Below, in pieces: positions 10,242-20,664 of a stretch of 64,000 nt of DNA. The stretch is from an uncultured delta proteobacterium. Its GTDB lineage: Bacteria; Desulfobacterota; Binatia; UBA9968. The stretch spans positions 192,001 through 256,000 of the forward strand of contig CAVSLC010000010.1 of the NCBI GenBank assembly GCA_963728565.1. The letters run 5' to 3'. Every line of letters starts with the position of its first letter. Position 1 is the stretch's first letter. The position numbers were made by a program, and so were the translations under genes. The notes below the pieces were generated by a model. That model saw only the letters and a list, made by a program, of their open reading frames with translations, made no database searches and was not told where the DNA came from.

Positions 10242-11312
10242 ATGACATTAGCAATAACAAATGAAGAAGCTGTAAATCTTTTGTCGATGAAGGACTGCCT
10301 TTCTGCTCTAGAGACCGCCTATAAAGAACTAGCGGCAGGCATCGCTGTAAACCGTCCTCGATCTGACATACACACGAATACACCTACTCCCCAACAAACA
10401 TTTCGGTTCAAAAGCATGGAGGGAGTTGTCCCAGGACTTGGGGTGACAGCTCTTCGCGTTAATTCAGACATTGTCAGCTGGCCCGTGGTGGATGGAAAGC
10501 AACGCCAAATAAAAGTGATGGCGGCGCCTGGAGAAACTCAGTGTGCCTTCATCATGCTCTTCAAGAACGATACCGGCGAACTTCTGGCGATCATTCACGA
10601 CAGCTACGTGCAGCGAATGCGAGTCGGAGCCGCAAATGGATTGGCAGCGAAGTATCTCGCGCGGAAGGATGCCACATCCATAGGCTTGATTGGATCTGGA
10701 TGGCAAGCTGGCGCCCAGCTCATGGCCATATGCGCGGTACGGCCGATTCGGTTAATAAAAGTCTACAGCTCTAATGCGGAACATCGCTCAAACTTTGCAA
10801 AAGAAATGACTGAGACCCTCGGCATCCAGGTGCAGGCCGTTAGGTCAGGTGCCGAAGCTATGGAAGGCTCGGAAATCATGGCTGCCGCCACCAGTTCTAT
10901 GGAACCCGTTCTGTTTGGTGAATGGTTGAAGCCGGGGGTTCATGTAAGTGGAATCAAGCGTTTTGAAATCGATGACGATGTATTTAAGCGCAGTGATCTC
11001 ATTGTGGTTCATGTCAAAGAAGGCAAAGGCCCTAACTATCTTTCCAGCAATGCACCTACAGACGACATTCCATACATGAAGGGTGATCCGTTTGACATCC
11101 AGGAAATGCATCGCATGCCGGAACTAGCAGATGTTATTGCGGGGAAACATCCTGGCCGAGAGAACAACAATCAAATCACATTTTTTATGAATAACATCGG
11201 CATCGGGATTCAATTTACTGCGTCGGCCCACGTGGTTTATCAACGAGCATTGGAGTGTGGAATCGGAAGAGAAATTCCATCAGACATTTTTCTGCAAACT
11301 TGGCATTCCTAA
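10242..11312 (+). CDS. Ornithine cyclodeaminase/mu-crystallin family protein
   Basis: MRVGAANGLAAKYLAR, GLIGSGWQA and WLKPGVHV; GGAG RBS. Confidence 0.88.
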   Translation: MTLAITNEEAVNLLSMKDCLSALETAYKELAAGIAVNRPRSDIHTNTPTPQQTFRFKSMEGVVPGLGVTALRVNSDIVSWPVVDGKQRQIKVMAAPGETQCAFIMLFKNDTGELLAIIHDSYVQRMRVGAANGLAAKYLARKDATSIGLIGSGWQAGAQLMAICAVRPIRLIKVYSSNAEHRSNFAKEMTETLGIQVQAVRSGAEAMEGSEIMAAATSSMEPVLFGEWLKPGVHVSGIKRFEIDDDVFKRSDLIVVHVKEGKGPNYLSSNAPTDDIPYMKGDPFDIQEMHRMPELADVIAGKHPGRENNNQITFFMNNIGIGIQFTASAHVVYQRALECGIGREIPSDIFLQTWHS

Positions 11313-11328
11313 TTTAGATAGGAGATAT

Positions 11329-12345
11329 ATGAATCGCAGCGCAGAAAGGAAAATCTTGCAGAGTGTCACCCTGATTCTGATATGCTTTTTCACCAGTATT
11401 GCCCATGCTCAATCGCTCGAGAAGCTTATTATCGCCTATTCGGCAATTAGTCCGTTCCAAGTCATCGTGAAGGTCGCCGAAGACTCAGGGATATTCAACA
11501 AAAACGGCTTGGATGCAAAACTTGTTTTCATCGAAGGTGGTTCTAGAGGAGCCCAGGCCCTTTTGGCCGGCGAGGTGCCTTTCGTTGTTGCAGATGGATC
11601 AAGTGCCGTAACGAGCCGATTAGCTGGCGCAGATACAGTTATTATACTCGGTCTCGTAAATACGTTCCCGTACACATTGATCAGCGCACCACAAATTAAA
11701 GACGTAGCTCAGCTCAGAGGCAAAAAGGTTGCGATCAGTCGGTTTGGTAGTGCCACTGATGTGGCGACACGAGTTGCGCTGCTAAAGGTTGGACTTAATT
11801 CGGACCGTGATGTGACTATATTACAAATCGGCGCCCAAAACGCGCGCTTTGCCGCCCTGAAAGCGGGCAGTGTCGACGCGGCCGTGATCACGCCGCCATT
11901 CACGTTGACTGCGAGAAAGCTCGGCTTTCATAGTTTGTTGAATATGGTTGATTTGAATCTGCCTACCTCGCAGTCGGCCGTTCTAACGACCGATTCCGTT
12001 ATTCGGCGAAAACCGGAACTGACGTCAAAAGTTGTCAAATCCTTCGTCGATGCGATCCACTTCTATAGAACCCAGAAAAAAGACTCTATTAAAATCCTTA
12101 AAAACTTCCTACGTTACACGAGTGACGAGGAAGTGGAAGAAGCGTACAACGAAGCCGGACTTAAACTCGTACCTGTCAAGCCGTATCCCAGCCTAGAGGG
12201 GCTGGAAAGCATCCTGCAGACCGTGGAAGAAAAGAACCCGAAAGCAAAAGGCCGTAATCCGGAAGAGTTTGTGAACGTATCCATTTTGGAAAAACTAGAT
12301 AAGAGCGGCTATATAGACCGACTCTATTCGAAAGACTCTCGGTGA
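11329..12345 (+). CDS. NMT1/SsuA-like ABC substrate-binding protein
   Basis: Signal peptide and LRGKKVAISRFGSATD; paralogue of 1971..2945. Confidence 0.87.
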   Translation: MNRSAERKILQSVTLILICFFTSIAHAQSLEKLIIAYSAISPFQVIVKVAEDSGIFNKNGLDAKLVFIEGGSRGAQALLAGEVPFVVADGSSAVTSRLAGADTVIILGLVNTFPYTLISAPQIKDVAQLRGKKVAISRFGSATDVATRVALLKVGLNSDRDVTILQIGAQNARFAALKAGSVDAAVITPPFTLTARKLGFHSLLNMVDLNLPTSQSAVLTTDSVIRRKPELTSKVVKSFVDAIHFYRTQKKDSIKILKNFLRYTSDEEVEEAYNEAGLKLVPVKPYPSLEGLESILQTVEEKNPKAKGRNPEEFVNVSILEKLDKSGYIDRLYSKDSR

Positions 12346-12609
12346 CCTCTTTCTAAAGTCCTCTCTGTTCTAATCAACAGGCAGCCCAGAACTCCGGGCC
12401 GCGCGCTGGCAGGCAGATTAAGAGGCACAGACGCTCCGGTGAGAATTTTTTCTGATTCCCTTTTTCAATCATTGGGGAATGTGTGATCACCTGATTGACG
12501 CGCCCCTGTTTTCAAGACGTCGGTGTCGGCCTGTCGGTCCGCATCAGTCACCCATCAGGTTCAAGGCTTTGGGAGCTGTCCTCTATGGACAGCGATCTCC
12601 CACCCCTGG

Positions 12610-12870
12610 CACGTACTTGATTGCATAGTGACCTGCAACCACGTTCACCTTTTGATTAGAGTCACCGGTCCAAAGTTTATCGCCGATAGCACGCAACTGA
12701 TTGCGGGCCGCAGTGGTCAAGAATACAATCAGCGCAAAGGACGCCCCGGTGCATTCTGGGAAGACCGCTATAATGCCACGACCATCGAGGCTAACGAGCA
12801 CCTTCAACGTTGTCTTGTTTACATCGATCTGAACATGGTTCGTGCGGGCGCCGTAAGCCATCCTGCGAAG
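12610..12870 (+). mobile_element. Remnant of a REP-associated tyrosine transposase (RAYT/Y1, IS200-like)
   Basis: IVTCNHVHLLI (HUH motif), GAFWEDRY and CLVYIDLNMVRAG (catalytic Tyr). Truncated at both ends. Confidence 0.8.
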
Positions 12871-12927
12871 CGGGAGGGAAAGTGTCAGGCCTTCCCTTTC
12901 CCTCCCCTTCCAGGTTGTTCGAGTCGA

Positions 12928-14076
12928 TCAACGAGGCTGTAGCCATTTGGTCCCGAGCAAGCTCCGGAAAATGCGGGACGCCCCGTTCTGCACAGAAACC
13001 GCATATCCCAACTCGACAATCTCAGATTCTGTAAATTCCGCTTTCAGATCGTCGAAAACGGCATCGCTAACCTGCCCTGTCCCCACTAGCCCTTCGGTGT
13101 AGCGCAAGGCAGCCTGCTCGCGCCGCGAGAAAACGGTCAGATCCTGCGCGCGCAAGGCGGTTCGTTCACGGGAGCCAATTCCTGCTGCAGTCAGTGAGGT
13201 ACTAGCTTCCGGCGCCCACGCTGGGCATTGTACATATTCAGCCAACAGGACACGCTGAAGCTGTTTGATACGGTTCTCCACAATCCCACCCTCCACGACG
13301 GCCTCATAGAGCGCTCCCCATGTGCCAGGTAAGATGGGGTGGGGGGAGAGAAACTTCAACCAGGCGGGTGGGGGCGACCGGCGCTGCATGGCTCGGTCGA
13401 GTAAATCTGGAATCGACAGCATTGGCGGATGTGGAATAGGAGGGCGCGGTGTTTCCGATTTTACTGCATCCGCGTAAGCAAGACGGACGGGCAATGCTTC
13501 GAGCACTACCTTTCCGTCTCTCTTGTAGCCTTCCGCGCCCCAAGACGTGAGCATGTTGGGACCACCAAACTGCCAGGCGCAGAGTGTGACGACCTCGATC
13601 ATTTCCTGTTCTGAAAAGACCCGGAGCAAATCTTCGTAATCGCTTTGGTTCAAGTCAGGCCATTCGTAGCATAGCCTTTTGCCAAACCGCAGAGCCGCTT
13701 GCTCCCGTGGGGTGACTCCTTCAGCATCGGCGTCACCAGCCTCGGTCAACTGCTTCTCTGTCAACCCTTCGTGCCTCGCCGAGGCAGAGCGATGGGTGGC
13801 TCAGTAGTCACAGTTGCGCCATGAAGCGATCTTTACCCGTAGCAGTTCTTTCAGGCGATGCTCGACCAGGCCTTCGTGGAAGATAAACCACATGAACCGC
13901 CGACCGGCTCGCTGCGTATCGCGATTGTGCGCATCGAGCGACAGCGACGTCGGTGGTGGGGTTCCCTCGATGTATGATGTACGGAAGTGGGCCTCGACTT
14001 CCGGATCGTTCCAACTCTCCACGACTTCACCCGGGACCAAGCTGAGTCGTGGCCTCGGAATGTCAACCATATTCAT
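12928..14076 (-). CDS. Two-domain carboxymuconolactone decarboxylase/AhpD-like protein, probable selenoprotein (CxxU)
   Basis: ORFs 13801..14076 and 12928..13764 are in frame. Readthrough gives LKELLRVKIASWRN-C-D-Y-U-ATHRSASARHEGLTE. A hairpin TGCCTC-GGC-GAGGCA lies 15-29 nt after the TGA. Confidence 0.82.
13765..13800 (-). promoter_or_regulatory. Putative bacterial SECIS element
   Basis: After the UGA: gccacccatcgctcTGCCTC-GGC-GAGGCAcgaaggg. The G-initiated apical loop is about 21 nt from the UGA. Confidence 0.65.
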
Positions 14077-14652
14077 TTTGTCCCTCCCTTCTCTTAAAAT
14101 ATGTCAGGCAAAAATCTCTTCAGAGGGCCTACTACGTGAACAAGGAATCAGAGGAGATGGATGTTTTCAAGGCCACAGTAAATAAGACGTCGAATAGGCA
14201 ACAGGCAACAGTAAGAAGAGAACTCGTTCAACGGTTCAGTCGTTCAAACGTTCAACGTCGGATTTATCCGAACACGGCCTTCAGTTTTGCCGGCAAAAGT
14301 GAGGCTCAAGGCATCAAGACACATTCGTTTGGAATGAAAACATGAAATCGCGGGCCGGGTCGGTCGGACCACGTTATGTCTAAGTGATCTCAGCGTTTTC
14401 ATCCCACAATAGTGTATTTCCCGCCTTAAAGCCTCACTTACGGCCGTAAAACTGGCGCTGTAAGGTTCACTCTCCTCTCCAAGCGATACGTGCCGCTGTC
14501 CTCCAACACTCTGCACCCATGGCTTTTGATCCGAGTTCGCTCTTCACCTTATGAATGAAGATAGAGTCGCCAACCGCAATCGCCTCCGACCACCGTTCGT
14601 CTCATCCCCCAATCTCGCGGCTCTGCGCTTCACTTACCCACTGAATGAATCT

Positions 14653-14856
14653 GGAAGGACGACGCTCGACCGGGTGGATGCTTCAATGCTCGTGCAAGCC
14701 AGCGATCGGACGATTGGGTTGAGCGCACTGCTTATGGCCGAGCAGTACCGCCGGCCGAATTTCCTTCGTTTGGCGAACGCGCTGTCGGCGTTGTATCCTA
14801 AGTAAAGTGAAGAGGAGCGGCTGCTGGACGCAATGCTAGTAGCGGTGCCGAGGTGA
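14653..14856 (+). pseudogene. C-terminal remnant resembling DUF1156-type DNA methyltransferases
   Basis: TTLDRVDASMLVQ...FLRLANALSALYPK*SEEERLLDAMLVAVPR*, with an internal TAA and no 5' part. Family recalled from the motif. Confidence 0.55.
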
Positions 14857-14875
14857 GTAGCGGATAACTGATCTT

Positions 14876-15100
14876 ATGGCCGGACGACAGCTTAGAGGCA
14901 TAGGTGGTGAGGAAGCGGTAAAGGCATTCGTGAAGGTGGGCGGAGTGCGGCGGGCTGGCAAAGGCGATCACGTCAACATCAAGATGCCGAACGGTCAGCT
15001 CGTCACCGTACCCTTGCATCGAGATCTCAAAATCGGCTTGCTGAAGGCTGCTATCCGCAAGGCAGGATTAACCGAGAAAGAGTTTTTGGATTTGCTTTAG
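14876..15100 (+). CDS. hicA: HicA family toxin
   Basis: 74 aa; GDHVNI...VTVPLHRDLKIGLLKAAIRKAGL. Confidence 0.88.
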   Translation: MAGRQLRGIGGEEAVKAFVKVGGVRRAGKGDHVNIKMPNGQLVTVPLHRDLKIGLLKAAIRKAGLTEKEFLDLL

Positions 15101-15112
15101 AAGGAGTATTCC

Positions 15113-15334
15113 ATGCAATACACAGTTGTCGTGCACAGTGCAGAGGAGGGCGGATATTGGGTGGATGTACCGTCTCTACCCGGCTGTTTCAGTCAGGGTG
15201 AAACAATCGACGAGGCGATGAACAACGCCAGGGAAGCGATTGAGCTTCACATCCAGGGGTTAAAAGACGATGGACAGGAAGTTCCTAAAGAAGAAGGTTT
15301 AGTGATCGGTCGAGTGGACGTTAAAGCCGCTTAA
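15113..15334 (+). CDS. hicB: HicB family antitoxin
   Basis: EEGGYWVDVPSLPGCFSQGETIDEAMNNAREAIEL; directly downstream of hicA. Confidence 0.92.
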   Translation: MQYTVVVHSAEEGGYWVDVPSLPGCFSQGETIDEAMNNAREAIELHIQGLKDDGQEVPKEEGLVIGRVDVKAA

Positions 15335-15341
15335 GGGTCCA

Positions 15342-15530
15342 ATGAGCATTTACGCTACACCTTGGTGGCTCAAGTTTCCGCGTTATGGCGACGAGTACAT
15401 CGGGTGCGAATGGATCAGAGTTAGCGCCAAAGGGTTCCCGCCCACATTGGTACACCCACGCCGGGATTCGGTTACAAGGATGGCGACCCATACGCCGACT
15501 TTCCTCCCTCCGGCAGTGGACGTGAACGCC
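15342..15530 (+). pseudogene. Frameshifted, truncated hypothetical protein fragment
   Basis: MSIYATPWWLKFPRYGD...CEWIRVSAKG continues in another frame as VPAHIGTPTPGFGYKDGDPYADFLPPAV. Confidence 0.45.
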
Positions 15531-15824
15531 GCCCCCCGGTCGCAGGCCTGCTGCGGCGAAGGCTCAGCAAGCTCCGGAAACTAAATCGAGGCAGCGCACA
15601 CGGTCGCATGGTAGTCGTGGCGCACGCCGGGGGGCGCCAAGTCGAAGGCGTTTGGTTGCTTCCGGAGGCTGAAGCCGTCAATAATCTCCGAGGTTTCAGC
15701 AGTTGGCAGTCAACTTTCGGACCAGACCCGCGTGTACGGACGAGTTAAGTGAGTCTTGGGCAACTTTCTTCGTCGCCGGCGCGCTACAACTACAGTGACA
15801 TAGCGTCCAGTTTTCTCGGCCTCG

Positions 15825-17174
15825 TTAAGCGATCCCCTTGCCGAGCTCGGTGGTGCACGGGCATTGATCGGGGAAGCGCTCGCAGTCGATATCGACAGCC
15901 GGCGATTTGCGGGCGCGCTTTCGGCGCGTTCTTTTCTGATCTGCGCTCTGAGGGTTTGGGTGATCAGCAACCAGACCGCGACCGTTACCAATAACACCCA
16001 GGTCATCCAGCTGGTATCGAGTGGCATCGGAATCTTTCCATCGGGAGCCGCCCGCTTGAGCCAAATGAGAATAACGAGCGCGCCCAGCGCCTCGGCGATT
16101 CTTGCAGCAATGCCGTCGACGGCGATCTTCACTGACGAGCGTTGGGTGGCTGCGACCGGGATAAACGCCTGTTCCCAGATCGACCGATGCACAGAGGAGC
16201 GCAGTCCGCCCTCAGTCACGCGCAGCACCGAAAGACTAAGCGCGGTTGCCGCCGCAGTCGCGAATGTGGCGCCGCCGATCAGCGCCAGCGGCAGTACCAT
16301 GAGCCCGCCGCGCAAGCCGACCTTGTCCTGAATCGTCGGCGTCGCAAACAGTTGCAGCAGCAACGAGCTGAAATTCAGCAGGATATAGAAATTGGCGAAG
16401 AAATTCGCGTTGCCTTGCGATCCCATATCGGCGCTGGTTGCGGCCGCATAGAATTGGAAATCGATGAGCAACCCGGCCAGCGCTCCGGTCATGGCAATGA
16501 ATAGAAGGGTTCGCGCGTACTTATTCGACAGCGAAACCAGAAAACCGAATTTGTTTTTTGGCTCATCGGGTTGCTTCGGTCACGATGTTGCTGGGAAAGC
16601 GCTTATGAATTTGCCGCACCAGGACAGCCACGCCAACCATCATCATAGCGCCGGAAAATATCATCCATTTGGCATCTAGATAGGGAGCGAATCCCTTGGC
16701 GATGAGTCCACCGAGCATCCCGCCGGCGAGCGTCGCCGCGCCGATCTTGCTGAAGGCTCGCGCTGCTTCGCGTTTTTCCACATTTTCGAAAATGTCCGAG
16801 GCCAGCAGCCACAGACTTGCGAAGATGATTCCGAAGATTGCCGGGATGAACATGAACACAGCTAATAGAAGCGTGCTTTCGCCGGGCTGTAGAAAAGGCG
16901 CGGTCAGCGCCAATACCGTAGCCGCAAATAGCAGTATTCCGATTCTGGCTGAGCGCGCGCCCCAGATCTTCATAGCCTTGACGAAGAGCAGCGCCAGCGG
17001 CAAGGCGGCGCCGGCGATGTTGATGTAGATGAGCGGCAGTTGTAAGAGGCCGCCGCCGCCTTGAAAGAACAGCGCGTCGCGTCCGGTTTTGGCAATGATA
17101 AAAGCCAACGTGGTTAAGCCGAGCGCGAGCGCGAGAGACACAATCGCCAGGTCGGTTTGTTTTCGAGGCGTCAT
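15825..17174 (-). CDS. Npt/TLC-like (MFS) transporter, frameshifted
   Basis: IAKTGRDALF and many TM helices across ORFs 16563..17174 and 15710..16492. Frameshift near 16560, possibly a second near 15900. Confidence 0.65.
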
Positions 17175-17425
17175 TGTTTTTGCCCGCCGTAGATGATGAA
17201 TCCCGGATTGTTCATATCGTAACTCGCGATAGATCAGCCGTTTGCCAATATGCCCAACTTAGCCGCCCAAGTCGACCGATTTGGCTCGATTATCGCGGGT
17301 GAATCGTTTATGTCCGCCGCGGGAGGATGCTTTGCGACACGGCGATTTTGCCAGTTGATCGGAAACCATCCGGCTTGCCAGCGCAGTCGAGAGAAGCTTG
17401 ACGTTATCGTGACGGTGGAGAGTAA

Positions 17426-20074
17426 CTACTCCATCGATTCGCCATATTGTTGAATCAGCTTTGCCACCAGGGCGGTCCAGCCGGTCTGATGGCTGGCGCC
17501 GATGCCCGCGCCGTTATCGCCGTGGAAATACTCGTTGAAAGGAATCAAGTCGCGCCAGTAAGGATCGCTTTGGAACTTCTCGCTACCGCCGAAGACCGGC
17601 CGTCGCCCATTCCGGTCGCGGGTAAAGATGCGGGTCAGCCGTTGCGAAATCTCTCCTGCGACTTGCCAGAGATTGGCTGTCTGACCGGAGCCGGTCGGGC
17701 ACTCTACCTTGTAGCTATCGCCGAGAAAGAAATGAAATTTCTGGAGCGATTCGATAAGCAGGAAATTTACTGGAAACCAGATCGGCCCGCGCCAGTTGGA
17801 ATTGCCGCCGAAAAGACCGGTGCTCGATTCCGCCGGCTCGTAATCGACCCGATACTCCGTGCCATCGACTTTGAGCGTGTACGGGTGATCGCGGTGGTAC
17901 CTCGACAGCGCGCGGATGCCATAGGGAGACAAGAACTCATTCTCGTCGAGCATGTATCGCAGCACGCGTTTCAAGCGATGGCGGTTGACCAGCGATAAGA
18001 AGCGTTGCGGACCTTCGTCGGTGGATTGCGTTTCGATGTGTTCGCTCAAGCCGGGGCGATTCTCGATGAACCATTGCAGGCGTCTCTTAAAGCCCGGCAG
18101 AGCATCGACGATCGCCGGGTCCAGAGTTTCGACCGCGTAGAGCGGGATCAGCCCGACCATCGACCGGACCTTCATTGGCAGACGCTCGCCGCTGGTCATG
18201 TTCAAGACATCGTAGTAGAAACCGTCTTCGACGTTCCACAGTTTGATCCCGGCGCCGCCAAGATTGTTTATCGCCTCGCAAATATAAACGAAGTGCTCGA
18301 AGAACTTGCTCGCCACGTCTTCATAGACAGTATTCTCGCGCGCCAGTTCCAGCGCAATCGCCAGCATGTTGAGGCAGTACATGCCCATCCAGCTGGTTGC
18401 GTCCGATTGCTCGATATACCCGCCGGTCGGCAGCGGCGCGCTGCGGTCGAATACGCCGATATTGTCCAGACCTAAAAAGCCGCCCTGGAAAATGTTTCTG
18501 CCCTCGGCATCTTTGCGGTTGACCCACCAGGTGAAATTCAACAGCAGTTTTTGGAAGATTCGCTCGAGGAATTTTCGGTCGCCCACGCCGCGGCGCTTTT
18601 TTTCCACCTTATACACCCGCCACGCTGCCCACGCATGCACCGGCGGGTTGACGTCGCCGAACGCCCACTCGTATGCGGGTAGCTGACCGTTGGGATGCAT
18701 GTACCACTCCCGCGTCATGAGCAACAGCTGTTCCTTGGCGAAATCCGCATCGACCAAGGCCAGCGCAACGCAATGAAAGGCGAGATCCCAGGCGGCATAC
18801 CACGGGTATTCCCATTTGTCCGGCATCGAGATCACGTCGGCATTGTAAAGATGCCGCCAGTCCGAATTCCGGCCCTTGAGACGCTGGCGCGGCGGCTCGG
18901 GCCCGGATGGGTCGCCTTTGAGCCAGCGATCGACGTCGTAATGATAAAATTGCTTGCTCCAGAGCAGACCGGCCAATGCCTGACGCATAATATTGCGGCA
19001 GTCCCGGCTGGTATTCTGCGGAATGACCGATCGATAGAACTCCTCCGCTTCGTCGCGGCGTTGCGCCACGAGCTGATCGAACTTTCCATCGAGCGCCTCA
19101 CTCGACATCGGCGCAAGATTGCTGAAACGGAGCCGAGCCGTGAAGGTTGCGCCTGGCTGCAATACCGCCGAATAATGCACCGCCGCTTTAGTTCCCGAAG
19201 CGTCGGGATTTACGCTGTTCAAAGCTTTGTGAATCAAGTAGTCGTTGATGCCGTCTTTTACGAAGCGAGTGGCGTTCTCGGCATTGAACAAGCGGCTGTG
19301 ATTGGTTTCATTCTCGGTGAACAGCAACTCGGGATTTTTCTCGCAGTAAAGCCAGCGCTTGCCGTAATAATAATGATTGAGATTGATAGCCGCGATTTCC
19401 GTGGTCGCATCGCGACGCAGGCGAGGCCTGCGTGCGTCGAGTCCCCACGCCCAGGTATTGCGAAACCAAATGGTTGGGAGTAGGTGCAGCGGCACAGACT
19501 CGGGTCCGCGGTTGATCGCCTCGATGCGAACTAAAACGTCATCCGGCGCCGCCTTGGCATATTCGACGAACACGTCGAAGTAGCGGTTTTCGTCGAAGGC
19601 TCCGGTATCGACAAGCTCGAATTCCATGTCTCGCTTGGTCCGCCTGCGGCTTTCCTCTACCAGTTGCGCATAGGGAAACTCGCACTGCGGGTACTTGTAG
19701 AGAAACTTCATGTACGAGTGGGTCGGCGTCGAATCGAGATGAAAATAATATTCCTTGACGTCTTCGCCGTGATTGCCTTGATTGCCAGTCAGCCCAAAGA
19801 GCCGTTCCTTGAGAATCGGATCTTGGCCATTCCAGAGAGCCAAAGCGAAGCAGATGTATTGATGGCGATCGGAGACGCCGCCAATGCCGTCTTCGCCCCA
19901 GCGGTAGGCGCGGCTGCGGGCGTGATCGTGCGGCAAATACTCCCAGCTGTTACCGTCAGGGCTGTAGTCCTCGCGCACCGTGCCCCACTGGCGGTCGGCT
20001 AGATAAGGTCCCCAGCGTTTCCAGTTCGCCTTGCGCCGGCGATCTTCCTCGAGTCTTTCTTCTTCCTTGGTCAC
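17426..20074 (-). CDS. GH63/MGH1-like glycoside hydrolase (glucosidase)
   Basis: [45 protein letters not shown] and GASHQTGWT. Confidence 0.92.
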   Translation of the reverse strand: MTKEEERLEEDRRRKANWKRWGPYLADRQWGTVREDYSPDGNSWEYLPHDHARSRAYRWGEDGIGGVSDRHQYICFALALWNGQDPILKERLFGLTGNQGNHGEDVKEYYFHLDSTPTHSYMKFLYKYPQCEFPYAQLVEESRRRTKRDMEFELVDTGAFDENRYFDVFVEYAKAAPDDVLVRIEAINRGPESVPLHLLPTIWFRNTWAWGLDARRPRLRRDATTEIAAINLNHYYYGKRWLYCEKNPELLFTENETNHSRLFNAENATRFVKDGINDYLIHKALNSVNPDASGTKAAVHYSAVLQPGATFTARLRFSNLAPMSSEALDGKFDQLVAQRRDEAEEFYRSVIPQNTSRDCRNIMRQALAGLLWSKQFYHYDVDRWLKGDPSGPEPPRQRLKGRNSDWRHLYNADVISMPDKWEYPWYAAWDLAFHCVALALVDADFAKEQLLLMTREWYMHPNGQLPAYEWAFGDVNPPVHAWAAWRVYKVEKKRRGVGDRKFLERIFQKLLLNFTWWVNRKDAEGRNIFQGGFLGLDNIGVFDRSAPLPTGGYIEQSDATSWMGMYCLNMLAIALELARENTVYEDVASKFFEHFVYICEAINNLGGAGIKLWNVEDGFYYDVLNMTSGERLPMKVRSMVGLIPLYAVETLDPAIVDALPGFKRRLQWFIENRPGLSEHIETQSTDEGPQRFLSLVNRHRLKRVLRYMLDENEFLSPYGIRALSRYHRDHPYTLKVDGTEYRVDYEPAESSTGLFGGNSNWRGPIWFPVNFLLIESLQKFHFFLGDSYKVECPTGSGQTANLWQVAGEISQRLTRIFTRDRNGRRPVFGGSEKFQSDPYWRDLIPFNEYFHGDNGAGIGASHQTGWTALVAKLIQQYGESME

Positions 20075-20214
20075 TCTACGTTCCTTGGCAGGTTGCCGGA
20101 GATCGGATTAAACGTGCAAGAATTCTATTTCATGGTTCGCTTCAAAAATCGCAATGCCTGACCCCGTGCTTTCCATTCTATTGCATCGTCCACGATTTTT
20201 CATTCGTTAGCCCC

Positions 20215-20635
20215 AATCCGGCAATAGCTCACGTCACGAGTCGGTCAGCGACGCCAGCGAGTCTGGAAACCGTGGGCACGTAAACGTACAGGTTGTCTGC
20301 AGGCCGGCGCCATCGGTAACATCATCCTTGGTGTTTTGGGGAGTGGCCCTCAAGGCACTGCCCCATTGCCCACGGTGGTAGGGCTCGCGGGCCGAGCCGG
20401 GTCTGAAAAATGTCGGATTTGGTTAGATGCTAGTTGAAGCCATTCGACCCGACAGTGGCTGCTTCTCGGATGCAAGAACCAGCCGATCTAATCGCTGTTC
20501 CTCAGGGACCAGGCTTGAACATGCGCTTTGCAGTTGGCGTCCAGTGCGCTGCTCTTTGGATCATTGCGGAAGGTCATGGGACTATGCTCAACGATGGGCT
20601 CTTTGCCAGTTGCGCGAGCAGGATTGAACGCCGCG
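20215..20635 (+). ncRNA. Candidate structured ncRNA (5' domain raiA-motif-like)
   Basis: Nested long-range stems (ACCGTGGGCA/TGCCCACGGT, GCGAGTCT/GGGCTCGC, TCGGTC/GGCCGA, CCGGC/GCCGG) plus several internal hairpins. No credible ORF. Confidence 0.5.
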
Positions 20636-20664
20636 CGGTCATCGACTCTGAATTCGCTGAAACC

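Noticed and set aside
14262-14390. Second possible UGA readthrough peptide (…ECVLMP*ASLLPAK…) on the minus strand
   Set aside because: No start or RBS, no recognisable family and no clear SECIS.
20215-20635. tRNA, tmRNA, SRP RNA, 6S RNA or cobalamin riboswitch identity
   Set aside because: No TTCRA T-loop or CCA end, no SRP GNRA/AGCAG motif, no B12 box, and the fold is branched rather than rod-like.
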